Below are positions 37,164-46,903 of a stretch of DNA of 64,000 nt, in pieces. A model generated the notes under the pieces. The model worked only from the letters and a program-made list of their open reading frames with translations, was not told where the DNA came from and did not search any database. How positions within the stretch are numbered: the stretch's first letter is position 1; each line of letters opens with the position of its first letter. Both the position numbers and the translations under genes were made by a program. The stretch is taken from assembly GCA_041649575.1 (NCBI GenBank), contig JBAZMW010000001.1, positions 154,711-218,710 of the forward strand. The letters run 5' to 3'. This stretch comes from Patescibacteria group bacterium. Lineage in GTDB: Bacteria; Patescibacteriota; Patescibacteriia; 2-01-FULL-39-33.

Positions 37164-37535
37164 ATGTGCAAACTTTGGAAAAAAGAAGAGAGCAATCATC
37201 ATTTTCCCGAACTGAACAAAAAAAAGAAAATCGTTTCCATAGTTAAAAGTTGTTTCGGTTGGAACAAGCTGAGTTTGGTTTTGGTGGCCCTAACCATCAC
37301 GATCGGCCTGACTTATTTGTTTCAGACCAATGCCACGGTAGCCGACGGTTATAAAATTAAAGGATTGGAAGATAAAATCAACAGTTTAAAAGAGGAAAAT
37401 AAAAAATTAAATTTAAAAAGCATTGAGTTGCAGTCAATGGCCAATATTTCCAGTCAAGTAGCCGACCTAAATTTAGTAACGACCAAAGACATCGAAATTA
37501 TAACGCCAGTTGGTTCGGCCGTGGCCTTACGTTAA
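37164..37535 (+). CDS. ftsL: Cell division protein FtsL-like (single TM plus coiled coil)
   Basis: Small bitopic protein between rsmH and ftsI. Confidence 0.55.
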   Translation: MCKLWKKEESNHHFPELNKKKKIVSIVKSCFGWNKLSLVLVALTITIGLTYLFQTNATVADGYKIKGLEDKINSLKEENKKLNLKSIELQSMANISSQVADLNLVTTKDIEIITPVGSAVALR

Positions 37536-37541
37536 AAAGAA

Positions 37542-39437
37542 ATGAGTTGGCGGCAAAACAAACCAGAAAAATCGGGAAACCATGGCGGCAGCAAGGTTAG
37601 AATCAGACTTCTAGCCATTTTTTTTATAGTTTTTGGATTTTTGGCGATAGTCCGGTTATTCGATCTGCAAATTTTAAAAGGCAGTTTTTATACCGCCTTA
37701 GCTTCTGGTCAACATGAGTTGTATCAGCGGTTATTTCCCGAAAGGGGCTCGGTTTATGTGATAGAAAAAGAGGGCAACAAAGAAACGCTTTTCCCTTTGG
37801 TTACTAATCATGATCTATACATGCTTTATGCCATACCGAAAGAAATTGTCGATCCCGAGGAAACAGCCAAAAAAGTAATGGCTATCTTCGGTTTGCCGGA
37901 AGAGATTAATTTTAAGCAAGTGGAAAAAGAGTTGTTTGCCGATATCTCGGCCAGTACTAGTCCCAAGCTGGCGGCCGAAATAAAAGAGGAGAGAAAGAAG
38001 AAGTGGTACCAGGAGCAGCTGGATTTGGAAATAAAAAAATTAGCTGACAAATTTTCCAGAAAAGAAGATCCTTATGAGCCGATCAGGCATAAATTAACGC
38101 CAGAGCAGGTGGAAGAGATCAAGGCATTGAATATTGATGGGCTGGCTTTTCAAAAAGAAGTTTGGCGATTTTACACGGAAAAAGGTTTGGGTGGCCATCT
38201 TTTTGGCTTTTGGGGTTTTGCCGGCGATAATCGTCAAGGAAAATATGGTTTGGAGGGTTATTTTGATCAAATTTTGGCGGGCAAATTCGGAGAAATTCAC
38301 TCGGAACGCGATGCTTGGGGCAATATCATAGCGGTCGGTAAGAATTCGTTGGTAGAAAAGATTGATGGTTCTGATTTGGTTTTGACCATTGACAGGGCTG
38401 TTCAGTACAAGGCTTGCCAGGCGTTGTATCAGGCGGTAGATCATTTTGAGGCGGCTGGCGGAGCGGTGGTGGTGATGAATCCTAAAACCGGAGCCATTTT
38501 GGCTATGTGCGGGGCTCCCGACTACAACCCCGACGAATATAATAAAGTTGACGATATCCAAGTTTATAATAACCCGGCGATTTTCAAGGCCTATGAGCCA
38601 GGCTCGATTTTCAAAGTGATCACTATGGCGGCGGCTTTAGACGCTGGCAAGATAGAACCAACAACAACCTATGAAGATAAAGGAGAAGTGGTTTACGATC
38701 ATTTTCATATCAAGAATTTCAATGACAAAATATATGGCCGCCAGACAATGATCGAGGTTTTGGAAAAATCAATAAACACCGGAGCCATTTATGCCATGAA
38801 ACAGACGACGGCCAAAGTTTTTACTAAATACGTGAAAGACTTCGGTTTCGGACAAAAGACCGGAATCGAATTGGATAAAGAGGTGGTTGGCGACATTTCC
38901 AATTTAGACAGAAGAGGCGAGATTTATGCGGCCACCGCTTCTTTTGGACAGGGTATTATGGTGACGCCGCTCCAGATGTTGACAGCGGTTTCGGCTATTG
39001 CCAATGAGGGAAAAATTATGAAGCCATATATCGTGTCTAAAATTATCAGCCACAACAAGGGCCAGGATGAGATTGAGGAGTTTCGGCCGCAGGAAGTGCG
39101 GCAGGTTATATCTCCTAAGGCGGCGGCCATGCTTTCCGGCATGATGGTGAGCGTGGTGGAAAGCGGCCATGGCAAACCGGCAGCAGTGCCCGGCTATCGA
39201 GTGGCCGGCAAGACCGGCACCGCCCAAATAGCCAACAAAAATAGCGGCGGTTATTCCTCGGCGGTTTATACTTCTTTTGTCGGTTTTGCTCCTTTCGCCG
39301 ACCCCAGGATCGCTATAATTGTGAGCCTCGACAATCCGCAAAGAGGCCGAGAGGCGATGGTGGTGGCGGCGCCGGTTTTTGCCGACATTGCCAAATTTGC
39401 CCTGCAGTATTATAATGTGCCTTACGATAATAAATAA
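37542..39437 (+). CDS. ftsI: Peptidoglycan D,D-transpeptidase FtsI (class B PBP)
   Basis: SXXK (GSIFKV), SXN (KSINTG), KTGT (GKTGTAQ) motifs; N-terminal TM. Confidence 0.85.
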   Translation: MSWRQNKPEKSGNHGGSKVRIRLLAIFFIVFGFLAIVRLFDLQILKGSFYTALASGQHELYQRLFPERGSVYVIEKEGNKETLFPLVTNHDLYMLYAIPKEIVDPEETAKKVMAIFGLPEEINFKQVEKELFADISASTSPKLAAEIKEERKKKWYQEQLDLEIKKLADKFSRKEDPYEPIRHKLTPEQVEEIKALNIDGLAFQKEVWRFYTEKGLGGHLFGFWGFAGDNRQGKYGLEGYFDQILAGKFGEIHSERDAWGNIIAVGKNSLVEKIDGSDLVLTIDRAVQYKACQALYQAVDHFEAAGGAVVVMNPKTGAILAMCGAPDYNPDEYNKVDDIQVYNNPAIFKAYEPGSIFKVITMAAALDAGKIEPTTTYEDKGEVVYDHFHIKNFNDKIYGRQTMIEVLEKSINTGAIYAMKQTTAKVFTKYVKDFGFGQKTGIELDKEVVGDISNLDRRGEIYAATASFGQGIMVTPLQMLTAVSAIANEGKIMKPYIVSKIISHNKGQDEIEEFRPQEVRQVISPKAAAMLSGMMVSVVESGHGKPAAVPGYRVAGKTGTAQIANKNSGGYSSAVYTSFVGFAPFADPRIAIIVSLDNPQRGREAMVVAAPVFADIAKFALQYYNVPYDNK

Positions 39438-39477
39438 GGAAAACGCGGTTTATCAAATTTAATAACAGGAAAGAAAA

Positions 39478-40764
39478 ATGAAATTTTTTAAAAAGATTGT
39501 CCAAAAAATTTTACGGCTGTTGGCGCGGCTGATTTTGAATAAATACCAGCCGGAGATCATTGGTATCACCGGCAGCTTTGGCAAGACTTCGACCAAGGAA
39601 GCGATTTACACCGTTTTATCAAAAAGATTTAACGTGCGAGAGAACATCAAAAATTACAACAACGAAATCGGTTTGCCTTTGACAATTATTGGCGCCGGTA
39701 GCGGCGGTCGTTCGGTGTGGGGCTGGGTAGGAGTATTTGCCAAGGCGTTAGTGTTGTTGATTTGGAAAGACAAAAGATACCCGGAAATTTTGGTTTTGGA
39801 AATGGCAGTCGATCGGGTGGGTGATATGAAGTATCTGACCGATTTGGCGCCTTGTAAAATAGGAGTGGTCACCAATATCGGCCCGGTGCATCTGGAGTTT
39901 TTCAAAACCCTAGAGAGAATCGCCAAGGAAAAATCAGTGATTGTCTCGCAACTGACCACCAACGGCTGGGCGATCTTAAATGCCGATAATGATTATGTGC
40001 GGCAGATGGCCGAAGAGACCAAAGCCAGAATCATGACTTATGGTATTTTAGAAAAAGATACAAGTATCAGGGCATCGGAAATCATTATTTCACAGAATAA
40101 TCAAGAAGAGATCGCGGGTTTGAGTTTTAAACTCTCATACCGTGGCAGTACGGTGCCGGTTTTCCTGCCTAATATTTTGGGCGAACATTTGATTTACGCG
40201 GCGCTGGCGGCAGCGGCCATCGGCCTGGTTTATGAAATGAATTTGCTGGAAATTTCCGAGGCTTTGCGACTGTTTAAAGCGCCAAGCGGCCGCATGAACT
40301 TGCTGGTAGGAATCAAGCAGACAAAGATCATTGACGATAGCTATAATGCCGGTCCGGATTCGATGCTGGCGGCTTTGAAGGTTTTGGGAAAAATTAATGG
40401 CGGTGGCAGAAAAATAGCGGTTTTGGGCGATATGTTGGAACTGGGCGATTATACCGACGAAGGACACCGTCAGGTAGGGGCGGAAGTGGTTAAGAATAAG
40501 ATAGATATTTTAATTACAGTGGGCGAGAGAGCGAGAACAATCGCGGCCGAATCGCAAAGACAAGGCCTGGACAGTGATCTGATTTTTAATTTTTCCGACA
40601 CGGAAAGAGCCGGATCTTTTTTGCAGGAAAGAATGGAAGAAGGCGACCTGGTTTTGGTCAAAGGGTCGCAAGGAATGCGAATGGAGAAGATTGTCAAAGA
40701 AATAATGGCCGAGCCGCTTAGAGCCAAAGAACTTTTAGTACGCCAGGAAAAGCCCTGGAATTAG
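39478..40764 (+). CDS. murF: UDP-MurNAc-tripeptide--D-alanyl-D-alanine ligase MurF
   Basis: GITGSFGKTSTKEAIY P-loop, Mur ligase middle and C-terminal domains; follows ftsI directly with no murE. Confidence 0.85.
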   Translation: MKFFKKIVQKILRLLARLILNKYQPEIIGITGSFGKTSTKEAIYTVLSKRFNVRENIKNYNNEIGLPLTIIGAGSGGRSVWGWVGVFAKALVLLIWKDKRYPEILVLEMAVDRVGDMKYLTDLAPCKIGVVTNIGPVHLEFFKTLERIAKEKSVIVSQLTTNGWAILNADNDYVRQMAEETKARIMTYGILEKDTSIRASEIIISQNNQEEIAGLSFKLSYRGSTVPVFLPNILGEHLIYAALAAAAIGLVYEMNLLEISEALRLFKAPSGRMNLLVGIKQTKIIDDSYNAGPDSMLAALKVLGKINGGGRKIAVLGDMLELGDYTDEGHRQVGAEVVKNKIDILITVGERARTIAAESQRQGLDSDLIFNFSDTERAGSFLQERMEEGDLVLVKGSQGMRMEKIVKEIMAEPLRAKELLVRQEKPWN

Positions 40765-40837
40765 GTTTGCTAAAAATTCTAGAAAATTTTAAAATTATCA
40801 TATTAATAATTAAACAGATGGCTGTAATCGAGGATTT

Positions 40838-42265
40838 ATGCCAAAAATTTATAACACCTTAACTCGCAAAAAAGAAGAATTTGAACCACTTAAAGACAAA
40901 GTGGTTACTTTTTATCAATGCGGTCCGACGGTTTATTGGACACAGCATATCGGCAATATGCGAGCCATGGTTTTGGCGGATTTGATTAGGCGTTCGCTGG
41001 AATATTTGGGTTATAAAGTGAAGTTTGCCAGAAATTATACCGATGTCGGCCACTTGACCAGCGATGAAGACGAAGGCGAGGATAAAATGGCCAAGGCCGC
41101 TAGTAGGGAAAAATTAACGCCGGAAGAAATCGCGGATAAATATATTGGAATTTTTGAACAGGACGTGAAGGCCCTGAATTGCGAGGAGCCAACTTATGAG
41201 CCACAAGCCACCAAGTATATAAAAGAGATGCAAAAAATGGTGCAAACCTTGATTGACAGGGGCTATGCTTATGCCACTGATTTGGCGATTTATTTTGATG
41301 TTAATTATTATATTGAAAAAGGCGGGGATTATACTGGTCTGTCCGGCCAGGATTTAGAAAAAAATATTACTAATGCCGGCAAGGGCGAAGTAAGTGACAA
41401 GCAAAAAAAGAAGCCGCAGGATTTTGCAATCTGGTTTTTTAAAGTCGGTGAACACCAAAATGCTTTGCAGACTTGGGACAGCGAGTTCAAATTGCCTGAC
41501 GGGCAAAGCATAAAAAAAGAAGGTTTTCCGGGCTGGCATTTGGAATGTTCGGCGATGAACAAGGCGCTATTTGGCGATACGATTGATATTCACATGGGCG
41601 GCATTGAACATGTTCCGGTGCATCACACCAATGAGATTGCCCAGAGCGAGGCGGCCAACGGCAAGAGGTTTGTAAATTATTGGCTGCATAATGAGCATTT
41701 GACGATTGACGGTGGAAAGATGTCTAAATCTGAAGGCACAGCCTATTCTTTGGCAGATATTAGAGCCAAGGGACTTGACTCGCTGGTTTTGAGATACTTC
41801 TTTTTGCAGGCGCATTATCGCAGCAAACAAAATTTTACTTGGAAGGCATTGGAGTCGGCCAGTGTGGCTTTGAATAATTTAAAGAATGTCATTGCGAGGA
41901 GCAAAGCGACGAAGCAATCCCGTGGCAATATAAGCGAAGAGTTTAAACAAAAATTTACTGCCGTTTTGGGTGATGATTTCAATATTCCGCAGGCCTTATC
42001 TATTGTTTGGGAAATATTAAAATCGAATTTGCATGATGAGGACAAGGTGGCGACTATTTTGGATTTTGATAAAGTTTTGGGCTTAGGACTTGATAAAATT
42101 AAGGCAGAAGAGATTCCGCAGGCGGTAATTGATTTGGCCGAGGAGAGACTGAAAGTCAGGCAGGACAAGGATTTTAAAAAATCTGATGAGTTGAGAGAGA
42201 AGATGAAAGAGACGGGTTGGGAGATAGAGGATGAGAAGGAAGGATATAAATTAAAGAAGTTATAA
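40838..42265 (+). CDS. cysS: Cysteine--tRNA ligase
   Basis: HIGN (TQHIGNMRA) and KMSKS motifs, CysRS Zn ligands; 475 aa. Confidence 0.9.
   Translation: MPKIYNTLTRKKEEFEPLKDKVVTFYQCGPTVYWTQHIGNMRAMVLADLIRRSLEYLGYKVKFARNYTDVGHLTSDEDEGEDKMAKAASREKLTPEEIADKYIGIFEQDVKALNCEEPTYEPQATKYIKEMQKMVQTLIDRGYAYATDLAIYFDVNYYIEKGGDYTGLSGQDLEKNITNAGKGEVSDKQKKKPQDFAIWFFKVGEHQNALQTWDSEFKLPDGQSIKKEGFPGWHLECSAMNKALFGDTIDIHMGGIEHVPVHHTNEIAQSEAANGKRFVNYWLHNEHLTIDGGKMSKSEGTAYSLADIRAKGLDSLVLRYFFLQAHYRSKQNFTWKALESASVALNNLKNVIARSKATKQSRGNISEEFKQKFTAVLGDDFNIPQALSIVWEILKSNLHDEDKVATILDFDKVLGLGLDKIKAEEIPQAVIDLAEERLKVRQDKDFKKSDELREKMKETGWEIEDEKEGYKLKKL
41887..41929 (+). repeat. In-frame copy of the 19157-family palindromic repeat unit inside cysS (GTCATTGCGAGGAGCAAAGCGACGAAGCAATCCCGTGGCAATA)
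   Basis: Shares GTCATTGCGAG and AGCGAAGCAATCCCG blocks, in the same order, with 19157..19262. Confidence 0.5.
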
Positions 42266-42277
42266 ATAAAATTTTTA

Positions 42278-42325
42278 GACAAATTTAATACCGGAAAGTC
42301 GCTGGCGCAACCTTCCAGTATAGTG
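42278..42325. repeat. Direct repeat copy 1 (TTTAGACAAATTTAATACCGGARRGTCGCTKGCGCAACCYYCCRGTAT), hairpin-containing, immediately 3' of the minus-strand 122-aa gene
   Basis: Differs from 42782..42829 at 5 positions. Contains inverted TACCGG..CCGGTA arms and a TTGCGCAA palindrome. Confidence 0.7.
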
Positions 42326-42348
42326 TTTACCGTGCATTATAATCCAGC

Positions 42349-42717
42349 TCACTCTACTTGAGCATTGATTTCTGCTGTAATGCCGGAGTACAACTTGTGG
42401 CGTTCCGGCCCCACGATAAATGAGAGAGCGACAAACCCCAGTACAGTTTTATTATGTTTGTATCGAATGTTCCGGCAAAGCCTTTTCATGATGCCATGTA
42501 AGTACACTGGGTGAGAGCGAATCAAGGCACGGCGAGTGCGTGGGTCCTGCCATTCTTTCAACACCTCCCATGCTTTTTGTTCGTCGTATTTTTGACTTTC
42601 TTGTAATGCCTGGCGTAATTCGTCCGCATAGTCGCGGCGAAAGTTGTCGATCTCTGCGATCGACAAGACTATTGGCACCCCATCATCCATTTCCCCGTTT
42701 CCACTTTCCGTTCCCAT
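42349..42717 (-). CDS. GC-rich island gene 1, 122-aa hypothetical protein
   Basis: SD AGGAGGGatcgtcATG; about 57% GC; no recognisable motif. Confidence 0.55.
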   Translation of the reverse strand: MGTESGNGEMDDGVPIVLSIAEIDNFRRDYADELRQALQESQKYDEQKAWEVLKEWQDPRTRRALIRSHPVYLHGIMKRLCRNIRYKHNKTVLGFVALSFIVGPERHKLYSGITAEINAQVE

Positions 42718-42781
42718 GACGATCCCTCCTGTTGTAGGTACTGTTTTTAGTCTATCAGATGGTTTTAAAATAGTAAAATTT

Positions 42782-42829
42782 ATATTTAGACAAATTTAAT
42801 ACCGGAGGGTCGCTTGCGCAACCTCCCGG
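42782..42829. repeat. Direct repeat copy 2, immediately 3' of the minus-strand 475-aa gene
   Basis: See copy 1. Preceded on the gene side by a second small hairpin ATCGCCgtcaGGCGAT. Confidence 0.7.
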
Positions 42830-42858
42830 TATGTTGATGTACGATCGCCTGACGGCGA

Positions 42859-44286
42859 TTAGTTGAGAGCGACTGCCTCCTGCCTGCCCTCGGTGCTCAG
42901 GACCACATGGTCCTCCTCGAGCCTTAGCACGGCGATGGCGGCGCTGCCCGCGCTCTCATAGGCGTGGTTCTCGTAGATCAGCCGCGGCTCCTGGCCCGGC
43001 ACCATGACATAGAGCTCATAGCGTAGTTGCGGGTCGGCGATGCGGTGATCGATCTGCTCCTCGGCCACGAAGACCGCCAGGCCCAGTCGCGCGCTTATGA
43101 TCCTGTGCCGTACCGACGGCGTGCGGTAGGACACTTGGCCGGGAGTCCCCATCGGCATCTGTATGACTACGCCGTACTTCTGATCCCCGTAGTCTTGGTA
43201 CATCTTTGGCTTCAGGCGCCAAGATGCCATCTTTTGCGCCAGGATCTGGGCGATCGCCGCGTCCACCTCGCCCTCAAAGGCGGCCTGCTCGGTCTCGTTG
43301 AGCTTGGGCGGACTCGGAGTCGCTTCAGTCGGCTCGAAGACAAACTCGGCGATGCGGTTGCCGTACTCCTCGTTGACGAGTTCGACGGTGATTTTCACCT
43401 GGCCGCCCCTTTCGTCAATTTGGATTTGCCCCAGGTCGTTGATGCACAAATCGTGCCGGTCGGCGCTACTGCTGTAGCGGTTGCGCCACTGCCATTCTTG
43501 CATCTGGTCTCGGCCGTGGTGGTAGATCACCACTTGATCGAAGTAGCCGATGCCGCCACTGCCACCCCACTCGCTTCGGGCTACCAGAAACACGGCCGTG
43601 TCGGGATCGAGCACCCTGACCTTCCCGATACTGCACCGCTCCATCTTCATCAACTCCTCAATGAACAACCGGAGCCGTGCCGACACTTCTTGCCCGCCGA
43701 GTACCTCGGCCAATGCCTCCTCATGACTCAACCGCGAGTCATCCTCCAGCAATGCTTTGACGCTGGCGGCGGCTTCGGCCAGCTCTTCCCGCTTCTGCTG
43801 GATTTGGCTGGCAAACTCTTCGCCACCGAGAAGAGCCAGCGCTTGGTGTGCGTCGGAGTAGGATTGCCGCCCGATCTCGTAAGTTTCCCGCGGGAAGTTG
43901 TCGGGGGGGAGCTCTTGTACCAAACTCCTGATGCCCAACTCATCGGTCAGGGCCAGGAACTTTTCCGTGAGCTTTCTTTCACAGCAACCACAACCATTCA
44001 TGGTCGGGTCGATTGCACTGAAGGCCTCGGCGATCGCCAGCCGGACCAGGGGATCGGGCTGGGCATTGATGGCCTTGACGATCCGCCCCCGTTCCTCGGC
44101 CGGCAATTCGCGGAGGCGTTGCACATACTTCCCGCCGCGCTGGCCATCGGCCATGGTCACAGGGATGCCGGTGACCTGCTGGGCAACTTGTAGGCAGACA
44201 GACAATTCCAACTGCCGCAGTTGTCGGCCAATCTCTTCCTCCACTTTCCGCGCTTCTTTCAGCGCTCTTTCTCTTTCCTTGTTCAT
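42859..44286 (-). CDS. GC-rich island gene 2, 475-aa hypothetical protein (no recognisable domain)
   Basis: SD GGAGGAGacaacaATG at 44286. The track's longer 509-aa version overlaps the upstream gene. Coiled-coil-like N-terminus (MNKERERALKEARKVEEEIGRQLRQL), a CGCC cluster, C-terminal beta-rich half. The antisense 388-aa ORF is Arg/Gly-rich and rejected. Confidence 0.6.
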   Translation of the reverse strand: MNKERERALKEARKVEEEIGRQLRQLELSVCLQVAQQVTGIPVTMADGQRGGKYVQRLRELPAEERGRIVKAINAQPDPLVRLAIAEAFSAIDPTMNGCGCCERKLTEKFLALTDELGIRSLVQELPPDNFPRETYEIGRQSYSDAHQALALLGGEEFASQIQQKREELAEAAASVKALLEDDSRLSHEEALAEVLGGQEVSARLRLFIEELMKMERCSIGKVRVLDPDTAVFLVARSEWGGSGGIGYFDQVVIYHHGRDQMQEWQWRNRYSSSADRHDLCINDLGQIQIDERGGQVKITVELVNEEYGNRIAEFVFEPTEATPSPPKLNETEQAAFEGEVDAAIAQILAQKMASWRLKPKMYQDYGDQKYGVVIQMPMGTPGQVSYRTPSVRHRIISARLGLAVFVAEEQIDHRIADPQLRYELYVMVPGQEPRLIYENHAYESAGSAAIAVLRLEEDHVVLSTEGRQEAVALN

Positions 44287-44308
44287 TGTTGTCTCCTCCG
44301 TTCGTCGC

Positions 44309-44606
44309 CTAGTGCGCGAACGCGTTGAGAAACTTTGCCAGCTCCCTCGGCTCTTTCTTGGAATGCCGAAGGAATCTGACGCACGCACCCACTAACTCTG
44401 CTCCGAAATTCTCTTCCCGGCAGGCGATAGCGTACCACCTGGCTGCCAGCGCCTTTTTGCGTTTGCCGGTCCTGGCTAGGACCAGATTATACGCCTTGGA
44501 AGGACTGGTAGCAGACTCGGTGAGGTTGAGCAGTTCGGGTACGGCCCAAACCGCCTTGGCGCGTGCCAATAACTCGATCAGACGCTTGACGTCTTTTGGT
44601 GTCATG
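44309..44606 (-). CDS. GC-rich island gene 3, 98-aa basic helical protein (possible small regulator/partner)
   Basis: SD AGGAAAGGAGcaagccATG; 20-bp gap to gene 2; a probable operon with it. Confidence 0.5.
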
Positions 44607-44773
44607 GCTTGCTCCTTTCCTCTGTAAGGTGCTATCAAGCTGATTGCCAGCTTAACTAATAATTATATCATATTATAACATAATTGTCAATGGTATTTTG
44701 TTATTTTATTTAAATTTAGCCAAAAATAATAAGTATTTTTGCCAAAAGTAGCAATTTGAATTAAAATATAGTT

Positions 44774-45853
44774 ATGAATTTTTGGAAAAAAATAAAAAAG
44801 CCCTGCCTATCCGGCAGGCAGGCGATTTTGGCTCTAGCCCCAATGGCTGGGGTTTCTGATTCGGCTTTTCGACAGGTCTGCAGAGAGTATGGCGCCGATG
44901 TAGTCTATACCGAAATGGTATCGGCCGACGGCCTTTTTTATGATTCCAAAAAAACTTTGGAATTTTTAAAATTCAATAAAAAAGAACATCCGGTGGTAAT
45001 TCAGCTGTTTGGCAAACAGTCTGAAAGATTCACTAAGGCCGCGCAAATTTGCGAGCAAGCCGGCTTTGACGGTATTGATATTAATTTTGGTTGTCCGGCC
45101 AAAAAAGTTGCTGGCCATGGCGGCGGAGTGACGCTGATGCGCGATTTGCCAAAGTGTCGAGAAATCATTGAGGCGGTTTTGGCTGGCACCAAGTTGCCGG
45201 TATCGGTGAAGTTGAGATCTAGTATTAATGTCAGGGGTTTGCCATGGCAAACCCCTGCATGCGGCAACCTGGTGACAGCTTTGGATTTTATAAAATTTAT
45301 GAAAGATTTGCCGCTCTCGGCAGTGATGATTCATGGCCGGCCATACGAAAACCCTTTCAATGCCGAAATAGATTATGAGATGATTAAGAAATGCGTTGAA
45401 TTTATAAAAAATAATTATTATTTAATGACACGGGATTGCCACCTGTCTCGCCGAGCCAAGGCGGACGCTCCGCTCGCAATGACAGCGCCAATAGTTTTGG
45501 GTAATGGCGGTATTAAGACACCAGAAGATGCAAAAAGAATGTTGGAACAAACCGGCGCCGATGGTGTTGGGCTGGCTCGCGGGCTTTATGGCCGGCCGTG
45601 GCTGTTTCGGCAAATTAAAGACTATTTAAAGAAAGGAAAATACAGTAATCTAAAACTAGAAGAGATAAAAAAAATTATTTTAGAGCATGCTAAATTGGCT
45701 TTTGAAAACAAGGATAAACACGGCATAGTGGAATTAAGGAAGCATTTGGCTTGGTATATTACTGGCCAGCCTGGCGCCAGAGAGTTAAGGGCTAAGTTGG
45801 TACGGGTGGAAGATGTAAAAGAAATAAAAGCGATTTTAAAGTATTTAAAATAA
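44774..45853 (+). CDS. dusB: tRNA-dihydrouridine synthase (Dus family)
   Basis: LAPMAGVSDSAFR...VDINFGCP...catalytic Cys region; FMN-binding TIM barrel. Confidence 0.8.
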   Translation: MNFWKKIKKPCLSGRQAILALAPMAGVSDSAFRQVCREYGADVVYTEMVSADGLFYDSKKTLEFLKFNKKEHPVVIQLFGKQSERFTKAAQICEQAGFDGIDINFGCPAKKVAGHGGGVTLMRDLPKCREIIEAVLAGTKLPVSVKLRSSINVRGLPWQTPACGNLVTALDFIKFMKDLPLSAVMIHGRPYENPFNAEIDYEMIKKCVEFIKNNYYLMTRDCHLSRRAKADAPLAMTAPIVLGNGGIKTPEDAKRMLEQTGADGVGLARGLYGRPWLFRQIKDYLKKGKYSNLKLEEIKKIILEHAKLAFENKDKHGIVELRKHLAWYITGQPGARELRAKLVRVEDVKEIKAILKYLK

Positions 45854-45911
45854 TTTATTTTATTAATCTAAAAATACCGGCCGTTAAGACCGGTATTTTT
45901 AAAGGAAATTA

Positions 45912-46853
45912 TTACAACAATTTTTTTTTCTTGAAGATAAATAACAGGAAAAGGACGGTTAGGAGCATCAGAATGATAACCCCCCAAAAGCCGGCTTGAT
46001 TATCAAGAAAGGGCATGCCAATGACAGTATTCATGCCGAAGATGCCGGAGATTAAAGACAAGGGGAGAATTAAAACCGAGAAGACGGTCAAAGTTCTCAT
46101 AATATCGTTAAGCTTGAAATAAACCAAAGAGCCGTTGGTGTCCTCCAAGGCCTCGATCATTTCTTTGTGGCTGTTAAGCAAATCCCAAATATTTTTGGTG
46201 TGTTCAATCAGGTTATTATAATAGGCCTTTTGTTTGTTGACAGGAAAATACTCAACTCCTTCGTGGATGATTTTCTGAATGACATTTTTGTGGTTTTCCA
46301 TGATTTTGCGGAAATTCAAAATATTTCTTTTGATGTTTAGGATTTCGGTGACCATGCGCCGTTCGTGCCCGGCGAAGATGTTTTTTTCGATGTTTTTGAC
46401 ATCCAAACTGATATGGTCGAGGATGGGATAGCAGTATTCTTGCAAGCGGACAATGATTTCGTAAAGCAAGGCGGCGTTGTTGCCGGTCAGGTATTGGCGG
46501 CAATAAAACTCGTCGCTGGAACAAAGATTGAAGATTTCGGTCAGCGGCGGCAGGTTGTTTTTGTGTACGGTGATAACAAAATCTCGGCCGATGAAAAAAT
46601 CAACTTCTTCCGGCTCGATGGAGCGGCTCTTGCTGTTGTAGAAAGGAAATTGCAGAATTAGGAAGCAGTAATTTTGGCGTTGGTAAAATTTGGGCCGCTG
46701 GGCATATTGCGAGGCGAAAGAATCCTTTAAATCCAATTCGTTAAACTTGTATTTTCTTCTTAGATATTCGATTTCTTTTTTTTGGGCGCTAATGATATTA
46801 ATCCAGGCAAGATTGCCGGTCGGGGATTTTAGGGTGGTGATATTTTTGTTCAT
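45912..46853 (-). CDS. corA: CorA-family Mg2+/Co2+ transporter
   Basis: C-terminal two TM with GMN motif (IFGMNTVIGMPF). Confidence 0.8.
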   Translation of the reverse strand: MNKNITTLKSPTGNLAWINIISAQKKEIEYLRRKYKFNELDLKDSFASQYAQRPKFYQRQNYCFLILQFPFYNSKSRSIEPEEVDFFIGRDFVITVHKNNLPPLTEIFNLCSSDEFYCRQYLTGNNAALLYEIIVRLQEYCYPILDHISLDVKNIEKNIFAGHERRMVTEILNIKRNILNFRKIMENHKNVIQKIIHEGVEYFPVNKQKAYYNNLIEHTKNIWDLLNSHKEMIEALEDTNGSLVYFKLNDIMRTLTVFSVLILPLSLISGIFGMNTVIGMPFLDNQAGFWGVIILMLLTVLFLLFIFKKKKLL

Positions 46854-46903
46854 TTGAAGCCAGGTTAGTAATTACCTTTTTATTATAGCATAAAAATATT
46901 GTT

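Noticed and set aside
42278-42829. Calling the 48-bp repeats integron attC sites
   Set aside because: They have inverted-repeat character, but I could not find the R'/R'' core consensus (GTTRRRY/RYYYAAC) and no integrase is in the window. I report them only as cassette-associated repeats.
43027-44395. 388-aa and 165-aa plus-strand ORFs inside the GC-rich island
   Set aside because: Antisense to the SD-preceded 475-aa gene. Their Arg/Gly/Leu-rich composition is typical of GC-rich non-coding frames.
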